From NCBI GenBank assembly GCA_965242865.1, contig CBDETK010000013.1, forward strand, positions 5,120,001-5,184,000: a stretch of 64,000 nucleotides of DNA, given 5' to 3'. The DNA is from Candidatus Latescibacterota bacterium. Its GTDB lineage: Bacteria > Latescibacterota > UBA2968 > UBA8231. Under the pieces are notes generated by a model. It saw only the letters and a list, made by a program, of their open reading frames with translations, searched no databases and had not been told where the DNA came from. Below, in pieces: positions 56,249 to 64,000 of this stretch (its first letter is position 1; the number at the start of each line of letters is the position of its first letter). The position numbers were made by a program, and so were the translations under genes.

Positions 56249-57055
56249 ATGAGTCAATGGAATTTGCGCGGCCAAGTGGTGGCCGTCATCGGCGGCACGG
56301 GCGTACTGGGCGGGGCCATGGCCCAAGGATTGGCTGAGGCCGGGGCCGCTGTGGCGGTGTTGGGGCGCGCCCACGACCGGGGGCACGAGCGGGTGGTGGC
56401 GATAGAGGCCGCTGGCGGCACGGGCGTTTTCGCGGCCTGCGACGCCACGGACCAAGCGTCGCTCAAGGCCGCCCACGAAGCGGTTGTCGCGGCGTTGGGG
56501 CCGGTCGCGGTGCTCGTCAACTCGGCTGGCGGCAATCAGCCACAGGTTACTCTGACCGACGACCTAGACTTTACCGCGATAGCACCCGACGATTGGCAGC
56601 GTTGTTTCGACCTAAACTTGGGGGCCGGCGCGCTCTTGCCCTGCCAAGAATTTGGGGCGGCCATGGTCGCGCAGGGCCGGGGCAGCATCATCAACATCGC
56701 CTCGGTCGCGGCCCACCTGCCGGTTTCGCGGGTGGTGGCGTACTCTGCGGCCAAGGCCGCCGTATTGAACCTAACCCAGTTCCTCGCCCGGGAGTGGGCC
56801 GACAAAGGCGTCCGGGTCAACTCCATCACGCCGGGCTTTTTCCCCGCCGAGCAGAACCGCCGCTTGCTCTTTGCGGACGACGGCACCCCAACCGAACGCG
56901 GCCAACAAATCCTTTCCCACACGCCCATGAACCGCTTTGGCCGCCCTGCTGAGCTCGTGGGCGCGGCCGTGTTCCTCGCGTCGGACGCGGCCAGCAGCTT
57001 TGTCACCGGCACGGACATCCGCGTTGACGGGGGTTTTTTGGCGACGACGATTTAG
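56249..57055 (+). CDS. SDR oxidoreductase (D-mannonate oxidoreductase-like)
   Basis: GGTGVLG, NSAGGN.P, YSAAKAA, PGFFPAEQNR.LL, TPM.RFG. Confidence 0.9.
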   Translation: MSQWNLRGQVVAVIGGTGVLGGAMAQGLAEAGAAVAVLGRAHDRGHERVVAIEAAGGTGVFAACDATDQASLKAAHEAVVAALGPVAVLVNSAGGNQPQVTLTDDLDFTAIAPDDWQRCFDLNLGAGALLPCQEFGAAMVAQGRGSIINIASVAAHLPVSRVVAYSAAKAAVLNLTQFLAREWADKGVRVNSITPGFFPAEQNRRLLFADDGTPTERGQQILSHTPMNRFGRPAELVGAAVFLASDAASSFVTGTDIRVDGGFLATTI

Positions 57056-58437
57056 ACCCACACCGTTTTGTATTCAAAAAAAGGATCCAGCCCCAGCTCG
57101 CCGTAGCGTCGGCCCAAGCCGCTCTGCTTAAAGCCGCCCCAAGGCGTGCGATGGCTCAGCATACTGGCGCTGTTCACGGCCACCACCCCCACTTCCAAGC
57201 GCCGCACAAAATAGCGTTGTCGGTCGGGATTGAGCGTCCAGAGCGAAGCGAGCAGCCCGTAGTCCGTATCGTTGGCCAACGCCAGCGCCTCGTCGTCGCG
57301 AGCAAACGTCAGCACGGATACGACCGGGCCGAAAATTTCGTCGCGGCAAACCGGGCTGGACTGATCGGCAAAGGCAAAAGCCGTAGGCTCAAAGTAGCAA
57401 CCCTTTGCGTACTCGGCGCCCGGTGGACGGGTGCCGCCAAACAGTAAATCCCCCTGTGCTTTTCCCAGCTCGACATAGCGTTCCACGCGCTCTACCGCCG
57501 CCCGGTCGATCAACATACTCGGCCCGGCGGCCCGCGCCTTTTCCTTTAGCAACGCGATAAATTCGTCGCGCAGGGATTCGTGCAGCAAAACCCGACTTAT
57601 GGCCGAACACGCTTGCCCGGGGAAGGCCGAGCCCACGGTCGCGGTCGTGGCCGCTGCTAAGTCGGCGTCGGGCCAGACGATCTGCGCCGTTTTGTTGCCC
57701 AGATTTAGCTGCACTCGCTTGAGGTCCGCGGCGGCCGCGACCATGATTTTCTTGCCCGTTGCCGTGCTGCCGGTAAAACTGATCATCCGGGTAGCGGGAT
57801 GCGCGACGAGTGCCTCGCCCACTTCAGGCCCTTGGCCGCTGAGCGCGTTGACTACCCCAGCCGGGAAACCGGCTTCGTGGAATGCCTGCATGGCCTTGAG
57901 CGCCTGCGGTGCTTCTTGGTCGGGTGCTTTAAGCACGACCGTATTGCCGGCGACCAGCGCCGGCACGGCCGATAAAAGAGTGCCCAGCAGCGGCCCGTTG
58001 AACGGGGCAAAAACGGCAACGGGACCCAGCGGTTCCCTATATACATAATTGGTGCATTGGTCGCTGTGCTCAATGAGCGTGCCCGCTCCGTCGTCTAGTT
58101 TGCCCACGTAGTAGTCGATGACGCGCTCTACCAGCGGCGGGATGCCCGGCCCTCCTTGGGGCTGGACCTTGGCGGTCGCCAGTTCGTCGGCCATGGCATA
58201 GAGCACCTCTTTCAGTTGGGCAAATAACGCGCGCTTGCGCTCAAGGCCGCAGAACTTCCACTCGGCGTAAAACGCTTCGCACGCCGCCGCAACGGCCCGG
58301 TCCACGTCGGCCCGACTGGCATCGGCGACTTCGGCGACTAATGCGCCATCTACGGGGCTGTACAGGGGATAGTAGCGTCCAGACGCTGGGGGACGCAACT
58401 GGCCCCCGATCAGCAAATCACTTTTTTTGACACACAC
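57052..58437 (-). CDS. Aldehyde dehydrogenase family protein
   Basis: REPLG, PFNGP, GN.VVLK, FTGS..TG, GQACSA, DEIFGPV, N.T.YGL, PWGGFKQSG.GR. GTG start at 58437. Confidence 0.9.
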   Translation of the reverse strand: MCVKKSDLLIGGQLRPPASGRYYPLYSPVDGALVAEVADASRADVDRAVAAACEAFYAEWKFCGLERKRALFAQLKEVLYAMADELATAKVQPQGGPGIPPLVERVIDYYVGKLDDGAGTLIEHSDQCTNYVYREPLGPVAVFAPFNGPLLGTLLSAVPALVAGNTVVLKAPDQEAPQALKAMQAFHEAGFPAGVVNALSGQGPEVGEALVAHPATRMISFTGSTATGKKIMVAAAADLKRVQLNLGNKTAQIVWPDADLAAATTATVGSAFPGQACSAISRVLLHESLRDEFIALLKEKARAAGPSMLIDRAAVERVERYVELGKAQGDLLFGGTRPPGAEYAKGCYFEPTAFAFADQSSPVCRDEIFGPVVSVLTFARDDEALALANDTDYGLLASLWTLNPDRQRYFVRRLEVGVVAVNSASMLSHRTPWGGFKQSGLGRRYGELGLDPFFEYKTVWV

Positions 58438-58465
58438 TTCATCTTCCTCCTTGTTGAAACGGCAT

Positions 58466-58714
58466 TTAGAAGCGTTTTCGGCCTGTACCTTGTGCATTTG
58501 CGAGCTGCCAAAAGAGCCCTTTCTCGGCGATTAGCTTTTCAGGAGGCCCTTTCTCAACGACGCTTCCCGCAGAAAGAACAATTACTTCGTCAACTTCGAG
58601 CACGGCAGCTATCACGTGACTCACCACGATGACGGTCCGATTGGGCATTACTTTTTTTATCGCGTCAATTATCTCTGTCTCTCGGATGGCATCCAACGCC
58701 GAGTCGAGTATAGT
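58466..58714 (-). pseudogene. ABC transporter ATPase C-terminal fragment
   Basis: ILDSALDA (collapsed Walker B/D-loop), RTVIVVSH, DEVIVL..G.VVEKG...L....G.F..L. In-frame stop just upstream; AT-rich. Confidence 0.7.
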
Positions 58715-58771
58715 AGGTCATTTAAGTTGAAGGACCAATTAGCACCGTCCCGAATCACCGAGGAATTCACC

Positions 58772-60757
58772 TTGCCATCAACCCTACCCGAAAATTACGA
58801 CGCCCAAGCCCATCTAGTCACCCATCAGGTGCGCGGGCGCGTCTTTCACGCTACCATCCCCTCGGCTCAACTGGCTTCTGAGCTAATGACCCGCGGCACC
58901 CCCGCCGACATCGCCGAAGCCTCCGCCATCTTTCGCGCCGTGCTCGCCTGCCAAGAAGTGCGCGACACTGCACCGCACCGCGGCAATTTTCGCTGGGAGC
59001 GCGAAGCCGAAGTCGTCGAAGACCTCAATGCCGTGCAGTTCGTGCTCTTTTACTGCATTCCCGTGCTGTGTAAAACGCCAGACGCCCTGCCGCCGGACTT
59101 GGTCTCGTCGATGCGCCACGCCATCGCGCTGGGCCTAGCGGAAATAGCGCGCATCGACGTGGCCTTGGCCTATACCAACATCGTCCTCAAGGACATCGCC
59201 AACTCCTGCCTCGGCGGCCAGTTGTTGGGCGACAACACCATCGGCCAGCGCGGCCGGGAAAAACTGGTGCGCTGGATGGCACACGTGAACACCTACGGCC
59301 TGCCCGCCGAGTACAACAGCCCCAACTACGCCTCGGTCGCCGTGCGCGTGTTGGGCCGCTTGGCCGAACTGACCGCGGACCCACCTACCCGCATCCGCGC
59401 CCGCACCATGCTCGCTCGCCTCGGGCTTTCGGCCGCGCTGCACATCCACCCCGGCCTCGGTTGCTGGGCCGGCCCCTTCAGCCGCGCTTACAGCCATGCT
59501 GTCTTGAACGCCAACGCCTTTAACGCCGATGACGTGCGTGCGTGGGTAGATGGCGGGCAGGTGCCCGCTTGGATCAACGACCTGCTGCTGCGCCCAGACG
59601 TGCCGCAGCAAATAGACGAAACGGCCCACGGCGAAGAGCCGGTGGCGCTGAGCACCTACCACAGCCCCTCGTTCAGTTTGGGCGTGGCCTCCTGCGAGCT
59701 CAAGACCCAAGAAATCGTCTTTATCGCCCTGCAATCCAGCGTATTTCACGCGCAGTACCGGCGTTCGCATGGCGCGCCCGGCGTGCTCTTTTCGCGTTAC
59801 ATCCTCGACGACCAGTGGCTCCGCTTCGAGACGACGCCATCGCGCACGCCCGGACAGGTCGTTCCCGAAGAGGGCCACTTCTACGGCCTGCACGAGCGGG
59901 GTCGCGCCATCGGCCTCTACGCCCCGCGCGGGTTGGACGCTTGGACGCGGCGCACGAGCGCCAAAGCCGTGCTCGTGTGGACCGAGATCGAGCCGATCGA
60001 CGCGATCTGGATCGGCCAGCGCAAAGTACATTCGCTGCCGGCGGCCGTGCCCCAAGGGCAGGTGATCGTCGTCGGCAGCGGCGCGCTGTGGACAGCTGTC
60101 AGGCCGCTTGAGCGGACCGATCTGGGCGGCGGAGCCCCCATCCGCTTAGTCGAGCTGGACGGGCACCTAGCCCTAGAGATGTACAACTACACGGGACCGG
60201 CCAAGACCTTCTGGGAAATGGCTAAACCCGGCTCCTTTTACCAAGGCCAGCCCCGCTGCGGTTTCTACGCCGAACTGGCCGAGCGCACCGCCTACGCCAG
60301 CGGGGCCGATTTTGCCGCCCGAGTAGCGACCGGCACGCTCATCGACGAGGCAGCCCCGCCCGCCACCTATGCTGCGGGAGACGAGCGCCCGCTCCGCGTG
60401 GAGTACGCACGCGACGACCGCATCCTCGGCATTGAAGTCGATCTGTACGAGTGGTCGCTAAAGCGGCGTTGGACCCAAGATGGCCCCCTCAACTGGCCCA
60501 TGCACGAGTCGCCCTACGCCCGGCAGTGCGCGGCCGGCCCAGTCTCCATCGGCGGGGCCACGCTCACCTGCGACGAGGGGCCGGTATGGCTCTGCGCCTG
60601 CCCGGGGGGCAAAAGGTACGTGGCCGCTTACAGCGGAGTTGGGACGACCTCGTTGCGGCTGGAGGTGCCCAGCGATGCGGTCGAGCTCCCTGAAATGGGC
60701 ACCGGCACGGTGATGTGGGACGAGGGCCAAGTAACAGTAGAAGCCATCCAGCCCTGA
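58772..60757 (+). CDS. Large hypothetical protein (helical N-half, beta-rich C-half)
   Basis: TTG start after GAGGA, host-like codon usage. GNF.W..E....D.NAV.F, YTNI and EYNSPNY motifs suggest an alpha/alpha-toroid lyase-like fold. Confidence 0.7.
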   Translation: MPSTLPENYDAQAHLVTHQVRGRVFHATIPSAQLASELMTRGTPADIAEASAIFRAVLACQEVRDTAPHRGNFRWEREAEVVEDLNAVQFVLFYCIPVLCKTPDALPPDLVSSMRHAIALGLAEIARIDVALAYTNIVLKDIANSCLGGQLLGDNTIGQRGREKLVRWMAHVNTYGLPAEYNSPNYASVAVRVLGRLAELTADPPTRIRARTMLARLGLSAALHIHPGLGCWAGPFSRAYSHAVLNANAFNADDVRAWVDGGQVPAWINDLLLRPDVPQQIDETAHGEEPVALSTYHSPSFSLGVASCELKTQEIVFIALQSSVFHAQYRRSHGAPGVLFSRYILDDQWLRFETTPSRTPGQVVPEEGHFYGLHERGRAIGLYAPRGLDAWTRRTSAKAVLVWTEIEPIDAIWIGQRKVHSLPAAVPQGQVIVVGSGALWTAVRPLERTDLGGGAPIRLVELDGHLALEMYNYTGPAKTFWEMAKPGSFYQGQPRCGFYAELAERTAYASGADFAARVATGTLIDEAAPPATYAAGDERPLRVEYARDDRILGIEVDLYEWSLKRRWTQDGPLNWPMHESPYARQCAAGPVSIGGATLTCDEGPVWLCACPGGKRYVAAYSGVGTTSLRLEVPSDAVELPEMGTGTVMWDEGQVTVEAIQP

Positions 60758-60771
60758 TTCAGCGGCCGCGC

Positions 60772-62013
60772 TTACTTCCACAGCAGCCGCAGATAAAACA
60801 GCGGATTGGTCAGCATCTTGCGCGGCACGGCGTTGGCCATCATGCCGCAGATTAGGTCGCTGATCTCGGCATTTTTGGCAGCCTTGCCAATGACCCAGTT
60901 CATTAGATAGGGCCAGCGGCCCAAATTGTGGAGTTGGGTGCTCACCTTGAGTTCGCTGCCCAGCGCGTCCCACAGCCGGTCTTCATAGCGGCGCAAAAAG
61001 CCAGCCGAATAGTCCCCGGCCTTCCGCGCTTGTGCGGCGGTCTCTACGGCAAAGCGCGCCGAGTACAGGGCATTGCCAATGCCCTCGCCCGTGAACGGGT
61101 CAATCAGGCCGGCCGCGTCCCCCAACAGCAAAAAGCCGTTGCCGTGGGCCGGTCGCCGGCGCGAGCCAACCGGCAGATTCCAGCCGACCGGGGCTTCGAG
61201 GGGCCGGGCGTCGCTAAAGCGCGCTCCAAAGGTCGGGCTGGCCACGGCGACCGCGAGCACTTCCTTGAGGTCAATGCCGCGCGTCTTGATGGCTCGGTGA
61301 TCCATGCCGATGCCCACATTGGCGCGGCGGCCTTCTAGGGGGAAAATCCAAAAATAGCCGGGCCGCACCTCGTCTATAAAGTGCAATTCAATCTGATCGC
61401 TCAGGCCGGCTACGCCCTCGAAGTACTGCCGCAAGGCCACCATCCAAGCGCGGCTCTCGTGGCGGTACAACCCGCTCTGGCGGGCGACGATCGAGTTGAA
61501 GCCATCGCACCCCAACACCAAGGGGGCGCGAAAATCCAAGCACGTGCCGTCGGCGGTGTGCCCCCGCACCCCGCAGACCTGCTCGCCCTCTCGCAAGAGC
61601 GTGCGCACGGCAAAGCCCTCCAGCGCGTGGGCGGCCGCGGCCCGCGCCTTGGCAAAGAGAAAGTCGTCGAAAACCGCACGGCGAATGACAAAGCCCTCCA
61701 TCGGCAGCACCCGGCCGGTCAGGGCGTCGCGCAGGTCGTAGCGGCGCAAGTCAATGGACGCGGCGGTCGCGTCTGGGCTGCCGAACACAATGCGGGTAAT
61801 CGCCGCCCCAGGCAGGTTGCACACCTCCTCAAACAGGCCCAACTCGTGGAGGATCGCCACCGTCTTGCCGGAGAGGGCGTCGCCGCAGATTTTGTCGCGG
61901 GGGAAGCACTGCTTGTCCAGCAGCAGGGCCGCCAGCCCGTTGCGCTGGGCATACAGCGCGGCCGCAGCACCGGCCGGACCGCCGCCGACGATGATCAGGT
62001 CGTAGGTTTGCAC
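60772..62013 (-). CDS. Geranylgeranyl reductase family FAD oxidoreductase
   Basis: IVGGGPAG, FPRDKICGD, R..FD, GCDG..S, GYFWIFP, GDAAGLIDPFTGEGI. Confidence 0.9.
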   Translation of the reverse strand: MQTYDLIIVGGGPAGAAAALYAQRNGLAALLLDKQCFPRDKICGDALSGKTVAILHELGLFEEVCNLPGAAITRIVFGSPDATAASIDLRRYDLRDALTGRVLPMEGFVIRRAVFDDFLFAKARAAAAHALEGFAVRTLLREGEQVCGVRGHTADGTCLDFRAPLVLGCDGFNSIVARQSGLYRHESRAWMVALRQYFEGVAGLSDQIELHFIDEVRPGYFWIFPLEGRRANVGIGMDHRAIKTRGIDLKEVLAVAVASPTFGARFSDARPLEAPVGWNLPVGSRRRPAHGNGFLLLGDAAGLIDPFTGEGIGNALYSARFAVETAAQARKAGDYSAGFLRRYEDRLWDALGSELKVSTQLHNLGRWPYLMNWVIGKAAKNAEISDLICGMMANAVPRKMLTNPLFYLRLLWK

Positions 62014-62105
62014 AGGCCCCAGAAAATAGCCCGTCTATCCCTTGCTACAAGAGCGCGGGCCAAACTTGCTTTGTAAGTGATCTTCCTTACCTTTTTGAAA
62101 TTGTC

Positions 62106-62392
62106 AACGCAATCCACGCTTTATAGCTAGTGGATGAATTCACAGTGCAGAAAAAAACATCACAATTTGCGATTTGTCTCAACAATGAGGGCTATGAGGC
62201 TTCGCTCGAAATCGGAAAAGTGTATCGCGCAATTCCCGATCGGGAGGCCGCTGCGCTCGGGTATATTCGCATGGTGGACGAAAGTGGCGAAGATTACGCA
62301 TTTGCGGCCGACCGTTTTTACGAGGTCGAGCTTCCGCCCCCGGTTGAAGCAACGCTGGCTGCTGCGCTGCACTAAGTCATAAACGCAATCCA
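62106..62392. repeat. 11-bp direct repeats flanking the small gene
   Basis: AACGCAATCCA at 62106-62116 and 62382-62392. Confidence 0.7.
62130..62375 (+). CDS. Small conserved hypothetical protein
   Basis: FAICLNNEGYEASLE..KVY...PD..A...G.IR.VDESGEDY.F....F is a recognisable small-protein family. Confidence 0.75.
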   Translation: MDEFTVQKKTSQFAICLNNEGYEASLEIGKVYRAIPDREAAALGYIRMVDESGEDYAFAADRFYEVELPPPVEATLAAALH

Positions 62393-62408
62393 GAGGAGTT
62401 GCACCAAG

Positions 62409-64000
62409 ATGTCCCAAGACGTTCAAACCGAAACCCCGCATGTCGAAAAGCGAACCTTTCAAACCGAGGTCCAACAGCTACTTCACCTGTTGGTCCACTC
62501 TCTGTACACCCAAAAGGAAATTTTCTTGCGCGAACTGATTTCCAATGCCTCAGACGCGCTCGACAAAATCCACCACCGCTCGCTGACTGACCGCAATATC
62601 CGCGACCCAGACGCCGAATTGCATATTGCGATCGAGGTGTCGAGCAGCAGCAAGACCCTGACGATCCGCGACCGCGGCATCGGCATGACCCGCGACGAGG
62701 TCAACGAAAACATCGGCATCATTGCTCGCTCCGGCTCGGCCGAGTTTGCCGCCAAGCTGGCCGACGCCAGCAACGAGCAAGAAAAGCTCAAGCTGATCGG
62801 CCAATTCGGAGTGGGATTCTACTCGGTCTTCATGGTCGCGGACCGAGTGGTGCTCACCACGCGCTCGGCCGACCCAGACGCCGACGGAGTGCTGTGGGAA
62901 TCCACCGGCGATGGCGCGTACACCCTATCCCGCGCCGACAAGGCCGACCGCGGCACCGAGATCAAGCTCTACATCCGCTCGGACTGCGAGGAATTTCTCA
63001 ACGCCCACCGGCTAGAGGCCATCATCCGCAAGCACTCGGATTTTGTCGCGTATCCCATCCAAGTCGCCGGCAAACAGGTCAACGACACGGCCGCGCTGTG
63101 GACCCGACCGCGCAACGAAATTACCCCCGAGCAGTACCGCGAATTTTACACCCACCTGACCGGCGACCCGGACGAGCCACTCGCGCACGAGCACATCGTC
63201 GTGGACGTGCCGATCCAATTCTACGCCGTGCTCTACATCCCCAAGCACACCCCCGTCCAATGGCTGCATGCGGAGCCGACGATCGCGCTCAACCTGCACG
63301 TCAAACGGGTCTTTATCCAAGACGACTGCAAGGAGCTTTTGCCGCTGTGGCTGCGCTTTGTGCGCGGCGTGGTTGACTGCGACGACTTGCCGCTCAACGT
63401 CGCGCGCGAAACCCTCCAGCAAAACCCCATCGTCGCCAAGATCCGCGCCACCTTGGTGCGGCGCATCCTCGGCGTGTTAGAAGGCTTGGCCAAAAAGGAC
63501 GAAGCCCAGTACCTGGCCTTTTGGCATGCCTGCGGCACCATCCTCAAAGAAGGCGTGGCCACCGATGCTGCCCACCAAGGCCAGCTCGCCCAGCTTTTAC
63601 GCTACCGCTCCTCGCTGGCCGACGCCGACGCGCCGTACATTTCGCTGCAAAACTACGTCGATCGGATGCAGAGCGAGCAGGACAAGATCTATTACCTCGC
63701 CGGCGAGAGCCAAGAGGCCATCGCCCAAAGTCCCCTGTTGGAAGCCTTCCGCAAGCGCGGCCTTGAGGTGCTCTACCTCGATGAGCCGGTCGATGAATGG
63801 GTCGTCCAAGGGCTGCAAAAGTTTGCCGACAAAGAGTTCGTGGGCGTGGATGCGGCCGAGCTCGACTTGGGCGAGGACACCGTCGAGTTGGCGGGGGTCA
63901 ACGAGCAAAAGGCCGAGACTATTGAGCTGATCTCCTTTCTCAAGCAGAAGCTCGCCGGTCGGGTCGAAGACGTGGTCGAGTCCAAGCGGCTGACTGACAG
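62409..64000 (+). CDS. htpG: Chaperone HtpG (Hsp90), partial
   Basis: Manual translation from ATG 62409 (GAGGAG RBS): FQTEVQQLL..LVHSLY..KEIFLRELISNASDALDK, D.GIGMT, IGQFGVGFYS.F, LPLNVARE. Open to the window end. Confidence 0.97.
   Translation, partial: MSQDVQTETPHVEKRTFQTEVQQLLHLLVHSLYTQKEIFLRELISNASDALDKIHHRSLTDRNIRDPDAELHIAIEVSSSSKTLTIRDRGIGMTRDEVNENIGIIARSGSAEFAAKLADASNEQEKLKLIGQFGVGFYSVFMVADRVVLTTRSADPDADGVLWESTGDGAYTLSRADKADRGTEIKLYIRSDCEEFLNAHRLEAIIRKHSDFVAYPIQVAGKQVNDTAALWTRPRNEITPEQYREFYTHLTGDPDEPLAHEHIVVDVPIQFYAVLYIPKHTPVQWLHAEPTIALNLHVKRVFIQDDCKELLPLWLRFVRGVVDCDDLPLNVARETLQQNPIVAKIRATLVRRILGVLEGLAKKDEAQYLAFWHACGTILKEGVATDAAHQGQLAQLLRYRSSLADADAPYISLQNYVDRMQSEQDKIYYLAGESQEAIAQSPLLEAFRKRGLEVLYLDEPVDEWVVQGLQKFADKEFVGVDAAELDLGEDTVELAGVNEQKAETIELISFLKQKLAGRVEDVVESKRLTD

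Overview
GC-rich bacterial chromosome segment, probably from an FCB-group organism (Latescibacterota/Gemmatimonadota-like, possibly a marine or sponge symbiont). That assignment is inferred from porU/porV, the ileS-dksA-lspA order, and the TPR, FG-GAP and YWTD repeat proteins. Housekeeping loci: pyrF, tRNA-Pro(TGG), rnpB, mnmG, rpmB, ispB-like, apbE, secDF, yggS-yggT-ileS-dksA-lspA-rluD, ddl and the 5' part of htpG. These are interspersed with catabolic genes, three IS elements (two IS630, one IS982-like), a MITE, a REP-like hairpin and orphaned toxin-antitoxin-like genes. The most unusual region is a four-gene minimal type IX secretion-like cassette (23898-34586). Its PorU has Ser where the catalytic Cys is expected. 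Its M6 metalloprotease/FG-GAP/CTD protein has lost its zinc ligands and seems to start at ATC. Only the last gene, an Omp85/TolB-like protein, keeps an intact HExxH. Other highlights: a linker packed with Bacteroidota-type D-S-L O-glycosylation sequons, a small gene inserted in the htpG leader between 11-bp direct repeats, IS elements whose two flanks come from different truncated genes, and a transketolase and an aldehyde dehydrogenase with non-canonical active-site motifs. All family calls come from motif recognition by eye; no searches were run.
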